64,000 nucleotides of DNA. Source: Lama glama. Taxonomy: Eukaryota. The notes below the pieces were generated by a model. The model saw only the letters and a list, made by a program, of their open reading frames with translations, had not been told where the DNA came from and ran no database searches. The translations under genes were made by a program, and so were the position numbers. Numbering within the stretch: the stretch's first letter is position 1; every line of letters begins with the position of its first letter. Shown here piece by piece: positions 14,144-26,821 of this stretch. The DNA lies in NCBI GenBank assembly GCA_028534125.1, contig CM052816.1:18416001-18480000 (forward strand), written 5' to 3'.

Positions 14144-14794
14144 GTAAGACCAGCGAAAATGCTCTCTCTCCCTTGGTTTCATTCAGACCGCTGTTTTCAG
14201 CATGAGGGTAATGATGTTAGAAGCCCATGTGTTATGAAATGTGAAGCCAGAACAGCCAATGGTGGGCATTCTTCCTGGATTGCTCCAAGAAGCATTTCCA
14301 GTCAACCTGAAGCCATGACAGGCACATGCAATGGCCCAACGAGGACAGAAAGTACTGGGGTCCTGAGTCCTCCCTCTTTTCCATGTGTCCCCACACAGGT
14401 GACCCATGGCAAATTGGAATGACTGTATCTTTCAGCCTCACTTCTGCTTTGCCCATGTTATTTATTAAGTGCTTACTGTATGCCGAGCCTGTGCTAGACA
14501 CTGGCAATACAGAGACAACTAAGATGTGCTCTCTGCCCTTGAAGAGATTCTCACTCAGCCCAGTGAGGAAAACAGATACATCAGTCAACAAATTATGGTG
14601 CTGTGGGCCCAGTGCACCCAGAGAAGTCCTCCCAGGTGTAGGAGGCACAAAGCAGAGAGAGTGACTGTGGGGGGAGGAAGCTTGCAAAGGTGATGCTTGA
14701 ACGCCAAAGACTGAAATGGTTTTGCTAGACAGACATGGGAGCGAAGAGAATTCATCAGGAGGCAATTTATCAAAATCTGAAATTCACAAGCCAT

Positions 14795-15760
14795 GAGCTA
14801 TTGATTGCAGTCTTGTTTGGAACAGCAAGAAATAAAAAACAAACTAAATGAACATTAATAGGAAGCTAGTTAAATAGATTATGATGCACCTGAACCGTGA
14901 GAGTCTATGCAGCTTTGGAAGAGGGTGAGGATGTTCTCTCTATACTGATGTGGAAAGACCTCCAATTATAATGTTAAGTAGAAAAAAAATCAAGCTGCAG
15001 AACAATGTATGTATTGTGCTCTCTCTTACATAAAGAGGAAGAAAATAGAACACATATTCATTTTTGACTGTATAACCATTTGAAAAAGAAAAATAACCTG
15101 AAAGTTAAAAATATATATGTAATAGATAAACAACTATATTCAACATCTTACAATAGCCTATAATGAAAAAGAATAGGAAAAGGATTATATATGTGTATAT
15201 ATGTATATACACACACATACATATACAGAGCTGAGCCACTATGCTGTACACCAGAAACTAACACATTGTAAATTGACTATATTTGAGTTTTTAAAAAAAA
15301 TTTTTAAAAAGAAAAGAAAAGGAACCTGAAAGAGTACACAAGAAAAGCACAGCGTGGGTGCCTGTTGAGACGGGGGCACGTAGGGGTACGGTCAGTGTAA
15401 AGGCTTTCTCTTCATAACCTTTTATACTTCAAAATCATATCATTGTTTTACATATTAAAAGTTAAATAAACTCAAAATTAAAACAAAATAAAATGCACTG
15501 ACCCTTTGACTCAACAATTCCATGCAGAAATATGATGTTACATAGATTTTTATCAAAAGAAAAACTTGGAAATAGCCCATCAATATCAGCTTAAACTGCT
15601 ACATCATAGACTTTAGAACAGTGTACATTAACGAGACTTTTCCGTGCTGACATAGCAAATCTCTATGATACTGTTAAGTGAAAAAAATCGAAGAAAAATA
15701 CCTATAGGGAAATCTTATTTGCATAATAATACAAATGTGCATATACAGAAAGAAAAGGCA
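14795..15760 (+). mobile_element. Old L1M (L1ME-like) 3' fragments, interrupted by the younger L1
   Basis: A-rich, with motifs such as gcagtcttgtttggaacagcaag...aaactaaatg, gaccctttgactcaacaattcc and gatactgttaagtgaaaaa. Boundaries approximate. Confidence 0.6.
15105..15314 (+). mobile_element. 5'-truncated younger L1 3' end (cetartiodactyl type) inserted in an older L1
   Basis: Contains GCCACTATGCTGTACACCAGAAACTAACACATTGTAAATTGACTATA and an A-rich tail. Candidate TSD AGAAAAATAACCTGAAAG (15087-15104) and AGAAAAGGAACCTGAAAG (15315-15332). Confidence 0.75.
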
Positions 15761-16020
15761 GGAAAAGGGGATTCTCTGGGAAAGGGACTGAAACAAGAAA
15801 GGAGATTCGAAAAGGGACTTTCACATGTGTTTGGTATACCTCTGTACCTAAATCTTTTTCTAAGGAAAAGTTTCTTATAAAAGATGCTGTGTTCAATCCC
15901 CAGCACCTCCTCTAAAAAGTAAATAAATAAACCTAATTACCTCCCCCCAAAACAAACAAACAAACAAGAAACAGTTATCTGTGTTTTTCTCATGTAGAAA
16001 AAAAATAAAGACTTATTAAA

Positions 16021-16450
16021 GTATTAGTTTGCTAGAGCTCCCACAACAAAATCCCACAGACAGGGCGGCTTAGACAACAGAAAGTTATTTTCTCACAGTT
16101 TTGGAGGCTGGAAGTCCGAGATCAAGGTGCTGGCAGGTGGGTTTCTTCTGAGCCTCTCTCCTTGGCTTGTGGATGGCCACCTTCTTGCTGTGTCTTCCCG
16201 TGGTCTCTCCTCAATGTGTCTCTTCTTCTCTTTATGATGACACCAGTCATAGGATTAGGGCCCCACCCTTAAGGCCTCATTTAACCTTAATTACCTCTTT
16301 AAAGGCCCTCCTCCAAATATAGCCACATTCTAGTCTACGGCCATACCACCCTGAACGTGCCCGATCTCGTCAAATATGACCACATTCTAAGATACTGGTG
16401 GTTAGGGGTTCAACATATGAATTTTAGGGGGAAATACTTGGCCCATAACA
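16021..16450 (-). mobile_element. MaLR solo LTR, MLT1B-like
   Basis: Minus strand starts TGTTATGGGC...CCCCCTAAAATTCATATGTTGAACCCCTAACCACCAG. Plus strand shows the typical ttctcacagttttggaggctggaagtccgagatcaaggtg. Confidence 0.85.
16333..16371 (+). pseudogene. 3'-truncated (tailless) 5S rRNA retropseudogene, 5S nt 1-39
   Basis: GTCTACGGCCATACCACCCTGAACGTGCCCGATCTCGTC is the mammalian 5S 5' end with one CpG>TpG change. It is flanked by an 18-bp direct repeat (16315-16332 and 16372-16389, 16/18 identical). Confidence 0.92.
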
Positions 16451-17914
16451 CTCCCCACCAAAAGAAGAGTATTCTAAACAGCAGGAAGAGCACATGCCCA
16501 GGCAGGGAGAGGTAAAACAACGTGGTCTAGCCAGCGCTGCGAGAGTGCAGGATGTGCTAGTGGAGAAGGAGAGAGGCAGAGGGGAGCCAGCACCAAGACT
16601 TGGCCTGAGCCCCCCGCCACCCCCACCACCTACAGGGAAACGCAGCACTGTGTCAACAAACAGCAGACAAATTTTTTCAAGTGTTTCACATACTTGGTCA
16701 CCCACGCATATGATGAGCTGTAGCTAACAACCCCCCGCTGCCCTTCTGGGCCTCAGCTTCCCATCCTGTAAGAGAAACCAGATGGTGCCTGGAACGTGTG
16801 GGTCTCGAGCACTCACCCAGGTGTTCTGCCCCATCCTGATGAGCACACTGTGCGTTGGTCCCAATGAACGTGGCATAGGAAGCCACGTGACTGGCCTGAG
16901 AGATGCCCACTAGTTTGGGGCAGGAGTGAGCAAGCCCACGGCTGTGACACCAAGTGATCCCACCACAGCGTGGTGCCAGGAGACAGAGCAAGCCTCCTGC
17001 AGTTCACACCTCCCCCCAGGCGCCAGCTTCATCTTGTCAGGTGAGAGACACGTCCCACCTGTCTCACTGGTGACGGGTGTGCAAGGACCCTGAGAGCTGC
17101 TGCCAGGAAGTGCCTGGGGTTCACAGTCACACTGAATTTGGATGAAGTATGAATTTGTAAATCCACACAGAACACTTACTCAGTAGATCTTGAGCACCTG
17201 TGTCCGAATCCATGGACCCGCCTGCCTCTGTGCCTCCTGCAGGCGGCAGACAGGCTTCTCCACCTGAGCAGCCCAACCCATGTGCCCTGGCTCCCTGCCC
17301 TCTCCCCTCCTCAGGAGCTGCCCTGAGCATCACTCCTCCCTGCCTGCATCCTCACCCTCTCCCTCTCTACCTAATCCTTCCTGGCAGCATTCCCATGCAT
17401 CCCCTGATCTTAAAAAAAAAAAAGAAAATTAACAGCGAACAATCTTCCCTCCATCTCACTTTCCAGCTCTCAGCCTTTCTCTCCTGCTCTTTGCCGCCAA
17501 CTCTCTACTTTCTTGAAAGAGTTGTTTACGCTTCTCACTGCCTCTCCACTAATTAACTCCTACTCTTCTCCACCCCTGCCCACCCACACTTGACTTGACT
17601 GAGAACTACTCACCCCTTGGATCTGAGCTCAAACATGAGCCCTCGGGCAGCCTTCCCTGACGGGGCCAGGTCAGGGCTGGCACCCGCACCTCCCCAGCTC
17701 TCTGCACAGCGCTAGGTACAAAGAGGTGATGACTTGTTTAACACACGCATGTCACTGGCCAGACTATTCCAGGAGGGCCTGAATGTCATCCCCGGTGCCT
17801 ACCTGGCACAGGCCAGGCGCACAGTAGGTATGCTGTAAGTGAGCACATAGTAGTCGGTTTGCTGAGTGACTAAGGGTTGAATACCAGGCACTGTGTTAAA
17901 TTATGGAGATAAAA

Positions 17915-18135
17915 ATAGTACTTGCTGAGAGTTTACTAAACATCTGACATTGGTTTCCATGCATAGCCCCTTTAATTCTTACAACAGCCCATGAGGTAGG
18001 TATTATCTTCATTTTACTGATGAGGAAACTGAGGCCCGGAGAAGCTAAGTCACCCACCATTGTCACACAGCCAGTCAGAAACAGAGGCAGGATTTGGATC
18101 CAGGCAGGCTCCAGAGGCTGTGCTCTCAGCACTAC
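17915..18135 (-). mobile_element. MIR SINE
   Basis: tttaattcttacaacagcccatgaggtaggtattatcttcattttactgatgaggaaactgaggccc. Confidence 0.8.
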
Positions 18136-18781
18136 ACACCCCTCCTGCCAGGTCAGGATCAACTCCCCCAGCACCAACCCAGCAGAGACCCGGGGCTGAC
18201 CCCTGCCCTCACAAAGCTTCTGGTCCAAACGGCCAGGAGTGCGCATCCCCACAGACCAGGCCAGGTCCTGTAGGGTCTCAGCCAAACAAGCAAACTGGTC
18301 ACGCCTGCTGACCATACTCATACCCTGTGACACGCCCCAGCAGCCTCACGTAGGCCCTTGCTGGGCTCATAGCCCCTTGAAGTGCATCTAGTGCCTGTGG
18401 CGAGAGAGACCCGTTGCTCCCAGATCACACACTCAATGCCAGCTTCAGGGCTGGGGGAAGGAGGCAGCGTTGTCTCCACGTGCACAGGGGCAAGCCCAAG
18501 ACCACTGCCAAGTGTCGCACAGCTAGCGAGGGTCACGCTGATTCCCAGCCCTTTCCTGGCCTTAAACCGCCCTCCTATGACAGAGGCCAGGGAGTCTGCT
18601 TATCGACTTGCTGCCTCTCTGGGGGGCCGCTCAGCATCCTGGCATTGACAGAAGTAACAGATCTGGGCTTTAAATCTACCACCACCACCAGGGAAGAGGG
18701 CAGGCCAGACTACGTCCTGCCAGCTACAGTCACGTTTATTCCCCTTGAATTACACATGCTGGACCTCTTAGCATCGATTAG

Positions 18782-19155
18782 CAGCACTCTGACCAATGAG
18801 AAATACGCTGTCGAAGAAGAAATACACTGTAATGTCTGATATGGTAGCCATGAACCACATGTACCTACTGAGCACCTGAAATGCGGCCAGTCCAAATGGA
18901 GATGTGCTGTAAATACAGAATACATGCCAATTTCCAAGACTCAGTATGCAAAGAAAAGGTAAATGATCTCATTAATAATTTTTTTATAATGATGGCATAT
19001 TGAAATGATGATTCTGTTGCATTAAACAAAATACATCACTGAAATGAATTTCACTTGCTTCATGTTGCTTTTTATAATGTGGCTCCTAGAAAATCTAAAT
19101 CTGCTTGCATGGTTGGCCTTCGTGGCTCACGTCGTATTTCTGCTGGATGGCGCTG
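18782..19155 (-). mobile_element. hAT-Charlie DNA transposon relic, MER33-like
   Basis: Contains atatggtagccatgaaccacatgtacctactgagcacctgaaatgcggccagtccaaat and ends tatttctgctggatggcgctg. It stops 37 nt before the TRP-box exon. Confidence 0.75.
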
Positions 19156-19162
19156 CCTCTGA

Positions 19163-19639
<477 letters not shown>

Positions 19640-20076
19640 TGAGGGCTGAGCCGTGACCCTGCTGAGGGACTCCTGAGGGGATTCAGAAGCAGAAAAGCTC
19701 TTCCCAGAAAGTATGTGGAGAAGGATGTCTGGGAAGAAAGCTTCCTGACCTGTTATTTCCCCCTCCGGAGATTCTCAATGTTTATTAGCATATTAAAATC
19801 TCTGGGGAGTCTCAGAGGAAAGACACACACATCCCTTTAATTCAGTGCTTCCCAAAGTTGACCAAACAATATTCTGTAACCCATTGGCCTCCTACAGAAT
19901 GACTCCCCAGAAACATGTTCTAGGAAGCCACGCAGGGGTGGCTACAGTGACCTCCCGAGAGTCCTCTTTTTAGAGACAGCCCAGTACGCAGCTGCTGTTC
20001 AAGTCCTACCATGTAGGTATGTATTATGTGTCATGTATGATGTATTATATATTATGTGTTTTGTATTTTTCCCCAG

Positions 20077-20157
20077 AAGACTCACTACCACGCTGGCATG
20101 AGGAATTCTGAAAACCTGACAGCAAATAACACTTACAGCAAGCCCACCAGATACCAG
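20077..20157 (+). CDS. TRPC7: TRPC7 81-nt coding exon (N-terminal part of the CaM/IP3R-binding region); absent from the ORF track
   Basis: Acceptor tttttccccag|aag and donor cag|gtaact; phase 0/0. Encodes KTHYHAGMRNSENLTANNTYSKPTRYQ, which bridges NSKFR to [10 protein letters not shown]. Confidence 0.95.
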
Positions 20158-20259
20158 GTAACTCCCTCTTTCCCAGGGACAGGCAGAGATGCGCTCTGTT
20201 AAGGCACAAATTTAGTCACACGGCTGTGTCATCCCCCTAGAACACAACTCCATTCCTCT

Positions 20260-20990
20260 CTTCATTCAACAAATATTTATCGTGCCTACTATATGCCAAG
20301 GCGCTGTGTTGCTTCCTGGGAATACGGACGTGGTTCCTACCTTAGCAGCATTTGTGGTCCAAAGAGGGAGAGGCACAATGAACAAGCAACACACCAATAA
20401 ATATGTAACTTCAAATCAATAAAAATGCCAAGAAGAAAACAATCAGGTGCAAAAAAAAAAGGGAAAAAGAGGGAGCCCCTGCTTAGATATGGCTATCAGA
20501 AGATTCCTCTTCAAGGAGACGACAGTTGGCTAAGAGCCCACAGATGAGGAGGAGGCAGACATGTGGGGCCTTCCAGGCAGAGGAAAAGTATCAGCAAAAG
20601 CCAGAGGGGAGAAGCCTGGCAGGTCCAGAGAAGCTGGAGCTCAGCGAGCAGGAGAGAGGGGAGCGCGATGAGGTCAGAGTCAAAATCGGGCGAGCAGAGC
20701 AGGTCAGGATGTGCATTTCACTCTGTGTTACCTAGGAAGGCAGTGGGAGGAGCTTAATTTGATGGAGGGAGAAGATGATAAAACTTTATGTATGCTTTAA
20801 GAAGACTACCTAACTGCTATAATGAGAAGAGACTAGTGGGGACAAGAGTGGAAACAGGGAGGCCAGTGAGGAGGATGTAACAGTCATCCAAGTGCAAGAG
20901 ATGGTGACTTGGATTGGGGTGTGAAGAGGGTGACGGAGGAAAGCCGACTGACTCAAGATACACATTCTGGATGTATAGCCAAAAGGACCA
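20260..20990 (-). mobile_element. L2 LINE 3' fragment (similar fragments at about 4740-5040, 7590-8150, 14455-14730 and 55085-55250)
   Basis: ttcattcaacaaatatttatcgtgcctactatatgccaagg is the antisense L2 3' end, followed by purine-rich L2 body. Confidence 0.7.
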
Positions 20991-23900
20991 ACGGGCCTGG
21001 GGTAGGGAGGGCAGGCATGCAGCATGGCTCCCAGGGCTCTGTCTCGAGCAACCAGGTGGATACTGGTGTCCTCAGTGAGCAACCGACCTTAGACTGCCAG
21101 CCTGCCAAGTTTGTTGGTATAAAAATTAGAAGACCTGTCATGCTTGCAGTTCTTGCTTTGCTCTCAGAAATTATGCCAAATCTCTGTATCAGTTTGAATC
21201 TGCCCATGAGCCAGTGATAAAGGGTTACTGCTGGTTATTGATTATAAAAGTGCAGATGATTCTCTCCCTGCTTCCCCTCCCAATGACCAGCAGTTTTATC
21301 CACCCTGACCCCTTCCTATAAGATGTACATCTGAAGCTGTCCTGACTGTTCCTGCAGGCAGAGGTGATGTGTCCCTGGTGCCACCACCCTCAAGGGAGCC
21401 ATTACAGACTTAGCATCTTCCAGACACAGGTCTCTAATCGAATCTCCCTGTGTATTTCAGAACCCAGCAGTGCATTTAGGAGGAGTTAAGTGTACAATTA
21501 AGAAATGGCTCATCTCTCATAGTGCTTATAGTTTTATCAGATGACATGGGCTAAAAATTGGCAAAAGGCAAGTCTTATATTTAATTGTGCGCAAAATTGG
21601 ACCTGACCAATTTGATCTGCTTGGAGTTTATTTTAGAGGACAAATCCTTTGGTCAGGGGAAGAATTTTTGTTGCTTTGCTTCTCAGAGAGTAGTACAGAT
21701 TATCTGTGCCACAGAAAAGATGGGAAACCCTATGGATTAGAGCCAGATCTCTCCTGGGTTTCGGGCAGAATCAGCAGCTGAGATAAAGGAAGACAGAGGA
21801 TGTGGTAAATGTCCTACACCAAGGATGAATCCTTTGTGAACAAGCCCATGTTCCAAAGCAGTCTCAGAGTGATCCCATTTCTGATTTCCATCATCCCTGG
21901 CTGGGTCCCTGCAGCCTTCGATCTCCCTGAGCCCTTCCTGCTATGATTACACAGATTAGCCGGTTTTCAACTTCAGGCTACAGATGGCCTGGGAAAGCAT
22001 GCTCACCCTATATTTTGTGAATCCAAGAAAAGCCTGGGGCGACTTACTCAAATAGTTGTCACCAAAAAGAAGACAGAAAAATGGGGCCAGCAGGCATCAG
22101 AGGGAGAGGGCTGGGAGGACAGCAGATGGAACAGAGAGCATCTTATATTTGTACGTTTGCCCTTTGCTCAGCCCTTCAAGGTCAAGTCTGGGCATCTTCC
22201 AGGGCCATCATCTGCACAAATAGGAGTAAACCTTGGGCTGACACAGACAAACAGCTGGCAGCAGACTAGACAGATACTAGGGCAGGCATAATCTCACAGA
22301 TGCCTGTGAGAGAGGCAGGATCTGTAACCCCACTGAACAGATGAGAGAAGCCAGGCTCTGTGGCAAAGGTCACACAGCTGGCTGAAGTAAGATCTGTCTG
22401 ACCCAGAACAACACCCCTCCTCCACTGCATCACACTGCCCAGGCACTGGCCCCTGATTCCTCTCCACCATGTCACACCAGAGCCTTCCTCCAACCTGCCC
22501 TGCCTGTGTCTGACAGCCACCAGGAAGACATCTATCCAAATCCAAACAGAAGGTGCTTTTGCTATCATGGGGCAGCAACCCATGCAGAATGAAGGATTTG
22601 GGCAGGGATCCAAACATGGCTCATCCGTTTTCTTGGGCCCACGGGTGGCCTTCCAAGCTGCATTACTTTCTTCCCAAAGCACCTTCCAAATGTGCCAAGA
22701 ATGTGAGGAGCCCAGTTCACTCCCTGTTCTTACCATCCAGGCTGCACCCAGAGCCTCCGTCTCACCAAGCTCATATGCCATCAGCCTCACACTGTCAGGT
22801 TCTGAGACATCCTGTAGCTTCCCAATAAGACAAAGGCCCCGGTTGTTGATACATGTGTAGCTGTTAAGCTTGTTTTCTGTGTCTCTAGTAGATCTATCTG
22901 CTTGACTGTTCAAACTTAGCCTATTAGGTGTTTATTTTAAGCTTGTCATTCCTTCAGCTTTTTAGGGCTCCCTGTTGGAAGGGAAGGCAGTTCCTTCAGA
23001 CTTCAGAGGCTCTCTGCGCTTTTCTTTTCTGAGGCTTCCAGGGGTTGGAATTCTAATTTTTCGCAAAATTGGTCCTTTGCTTTTGTAAATGTGTTTTCCA
23101 GTCTGGGCTCTGTGGACATAAGACCAAACAATGGAGCAAAACCCTGATGCCGGCAAAATGGCCAAAGTGTGCATCCTATCAAAGCTACCCTTGACCTGCT
23201 CCGAGATCCACTGTGTCCACTTGTCGGGGTGTGTGCAGGCCTCAGATGCTCACTCTCTGAGGAGTTTTTTCCTTCACGGGCCAAGCAAACAAGCTGCATC
23301 CCAAATGAGCCGTAGAATCCAGGCCCAGTCCACCCTTGAAATAAGCCCCAGGCTTTATGGTACAATCCCTTCCCCCAAAATCCACTGGGGAGTCCTCCTT
23401 TTGCCTCCTAGAGGGCCTTTTCTGTAGAGATCAAAGCCAATGGAGTGGACGGTTTGCTAAGGCTGATTTCTTCTAATCTGGGGTCTGATAAACCCCAGCT
23501 TAATGAATGACTCGTCCTGCGACTCATTTCACCCCGCCTCTCCCCAGTGTTCCTCCGTTTCTCCGTTCGCAGGTGGCAGCAGCACTTCCCTCTGCCTGCT
23601 GCTTGGTCTGCCACCTTGAGCGGGTGTGTCCTCTTGCTCTTCTATGTCCTCAGCTGCCCTGGCTGCACAGAGAAATCCCTCCCATTTCCCCTTCACCAGC
23701 AGCAGCCAGAGGACTCAGTGTCACAACCATTCTTACCCATTGAGCACCCCAGTCCTAGATCTTTTGCCTAAGATCACTGAATATACTCATCTTCAGTACT
23801 TGCTAAGTGAGTCTGGGCAAAGTGGGCCAAGTTGGCACCAACAGGGACATGTGAACTTGGGGAGAGTTTATTATCTCCATGAAATGAAAGTGCTATGGAA

Positions 23901-24669
23901 GGTAGCCAGGAGGGATCTCAAACTCATCACAAAGTAACGTGCTTTTCCTCCACATAGTGAAGGAGGGGAGGCTTCTGATGTTCATCCTTTCTGGAAACAG
24001 AGATCCACCATAGCATCCATGTTCAATAGAACTTTGGATGTTTTCTAACCATTTCAGACTTTCTGGGGACAAGACTGACGTCTCGCTCCTGCAGATCCCA
24101 AGTTGTCTAACATGTACATGCCAGAGTGGAGGCTAGGTCCTTAAGGGCATGAAGTCGCAAAGCAACTGACAGGTGGTCACAGTGTTATCCCTCAAGGTAA
24201 CTGTCACTCCTGGGAGTGAAGTAGGGTATGGAGGAAGGTTAAGGGTCCCTGCATGCCTGACATGCTCATGCAATTCTGCTTCCATATTAAACCTCTAAAA
24301 TCCTAATGTGTGGTGAGAGGCTTAAAAGCAAACCTTTGCTACTCTCCCCTTGGAGCTGTAAGTCTGTGGAAACCCCAGCTCAGATCAGGCAATCCAGGGC
24401 TCAAGAGTGGGCCACAGGGTTCCTGACAATTACATACCAGCGACCCTCTTCTGCAGGGTAACACTCTGTCCTCTGAAATCTAGCTGAGGCTTCTCCTTGC
24501 GTAAAAGACTTTGTGCTTTTTTAAAGGTCAAATTGGTACTCAGAAGTGGCCCACACCCCCTATGATCAGTGGGAGCCAGTTTCCTGCATCTCATCTCCTA
24601 AAGCATCCTGCACTTAGCCTTTTCCTGAAGGTTTCTGAAGGTTGGACGAAGCCCCAACTTTGATTTCCA

Positions 24670-24860
24670 TTTTGGTTAAATCCCAGATCTGCCACTTCAT
24701 AGCTGTGTGACACTGGAGAAGTTACCTTACTCTCTGAGCCTCAGGGACCATCTGTAAATGGAGACAACTCCCATCTCACCTGGTTTCAGGGAGGATTCCA
24801 TGAGGTCATTTTGTCAAGGAGGCTCACACAACTACTGGGCTGCAAGAAGTACTCAGTATA
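24670..24860 (+). mobile_element. MIR SINE
   Basis: aaatcccagatctgccacttcatagctgtgtgacactggagaagttaccttactctctgagcctcag. Confidence 0.7.
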
Positions 24861-26745
24861 TTTATGTTAGTAATCATGAAATCTTTTTAGATGATCAATT
24901 TAATCATGTTGCACTAAAACACAGCATGTATGTGAAGCCAGGATGACAATTGCTGCTGTGGCTATGAAAGGACTCTGCTCAGCACCATCATGGGGAAGGG
25001 AACCCTTCACTTCCTTTCTCTGGCTTACCACTTTACAGCATACAATTTGGGGTTGACAGATCCAGAAATGGAAGAACCCCTAAATCTTGAGGTTTTCCTT
25101 TAAAAAGGCAACAACCTTTAGCTAGATCACCTTGTCTTGTGTCAGCTTGGAAATCTGCAGTAGATTACTTCTGAATTCCTCATTCAGCAAGAATGTTAGA
25201 TACATGGGTATCTGGTTTGTTGGCATTTTCCCCCATGAGAACTGGTTCAGGACAAAGTTTATTTTGCTTTGTTTTGTCTTTCCAATTCAAAGTGAAAGGA
25301 GCATTCCTGAGTCCCATGGAAAGGCAAAGATTCTTAAAACTCAGGTGCCTGCCTTATTGGCTAGAAGAACATCAGTGAGCAACCTAGCGCTGCAGGACAA
25401 GACCCAGGCTTCCCTGGGAAGGGGCAGCATGAAGGCAACTCGTTCATTAACTGCTCAGCCTGAGATTAGAGCACGACTCAAACCACTAAGCTAAGCCGAC
25501 CACCAGCCAGGAACTGAGGAGGGGCGGCACTGGCACCAGTGAGCTGCCTTACAGTTCAATGTAGATAGAGCGCCTTTCCCCGGGCCAGCTGACTCATGGA
25601 ATCACAGGCTGGAGGAGCCTCCTGGGCAAGGTTGCCTCCAGTAAAGTCCCTGAGGGAACTACTGGTTGGTGATAATAATGAGTTAAATCCTCCAGTTCTC
25701 TGCATCCCAGCTGCTCACTTCTCTTTTACTTTCAAGAAGCTTTTCCTGAGCCCACTGTAGTCAGAGAGAATTTCGCCACCCACTGGACCTCACACAGTGG
25801 AGCTAGGAACAGAATTCAGGGCCCTTCAATGTAGCAAATGCCACCTCGGTCCCCTCCATCCTCAGGGTGAGCAGGTGAGTTGGTCACAGAAGGGATGGCG
25901 AGGAGCAGGGAATCCCTCCTTTTCATGCTGCTGCTCAGCACCTACAGGATTCAGAAGGCTCGGCCACCAGCCTATTTTTAAATCCTGTGATTTCATAGTA
26001 ACCCTGGAATGACTAGCTGGCGAAATCCAAAGTTCACCTCCTGCAGCCTTTCTTACACTCGACTCTATTCTTGGTGTCTCTGAAGTGTCTGTTCATGCCT
26101 CCTTTGCCTCAAGAATCTACTCTGCATAATAAGTGGAACCTCCAGCATGACTCCAACCCTGTTGGGTGGTGAGATTTCAGGGAAGCGATAGCTTGGCAAA
26201 ACCTCCCGAGGCCGGGCTGTATCTGTCTCTGCCTGTGGTAGGAATTTTCCAAAGTCCAGTGGACATATCCTCCACGTCTGGTCCTAACTGTGTGCTGAGT
26301 GAACCTCCTCTCTTGCAAAGCACCTCAACGGGATGCAGTCCACCTGGCTGGCCTGCTAAGACTTCCATCCTCCCTCTAGTCACACCAGTTGTTGAAATAC
26401 AAGAATGTTTCTGGGCTAAGGCCCTGAGAAGATGACTAAGGTCACAAGGCCCAGGGCAGAGTCAGGCCTAGGACCCTCATGCAGTGCTCGTGGGTCTTAG
26501 ATGATGCTGTCTCTGTGGCTGGGCCTCCTGCCATCGATAGTAGCCTGTTCTCACATCCTGGGGTCAGGTGGTACTGAACCCTGGTGGGGAGGTTAAACCA
26601 GGAGACTAGAACCTCCCCCCGAGGCAGGGCATCCCTCAAAAGTGAGGCACCATATGAGGGAGGACGCCCAGCAAGGGAGGACTCTGGGAGCTGCCTCAGT
26701 GCTCCTCTGAGCTTATTTGATCCCTTCCTTGTGTTCCCATTTCAG

Positions 26746-26821
26746 AAAATCATGAAACGGCTCATAAAGAGGTATGTCCTGAAGGCTCAGGTGGACAGAG
26801 AAAATGATGAAGTCAATGAAG
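26746..26821 (+). CDS. TRPC7: TRPC7 coding exon (CIRB/rib helix)
   Basis: Acceptor ccatttcag|aaa and donor g|gtgagc. Encodes [25 protein letters not shown](G). Confidence 0.97.

Noticed and set aside
14144..14422. ORF-track extensions of TRPC7 exons into introns (also 19415-19642 and 28617-28782)
   Set aside because: Similarity to TRPC proteins stops exactly at canonical splice sites; the extensions are intronic read-through.
16333..16371. Functional 5S rRNA gene
   Set aside because: Only 39 of about 120 nt are present; the internal promoter and terminator are missing.
22266..22913. 215-aa minus-strand ORF in a TRPC7 intron
   Set aside because: Non-ATG start, C-terminal part translates a MIR, and no domain similarity.
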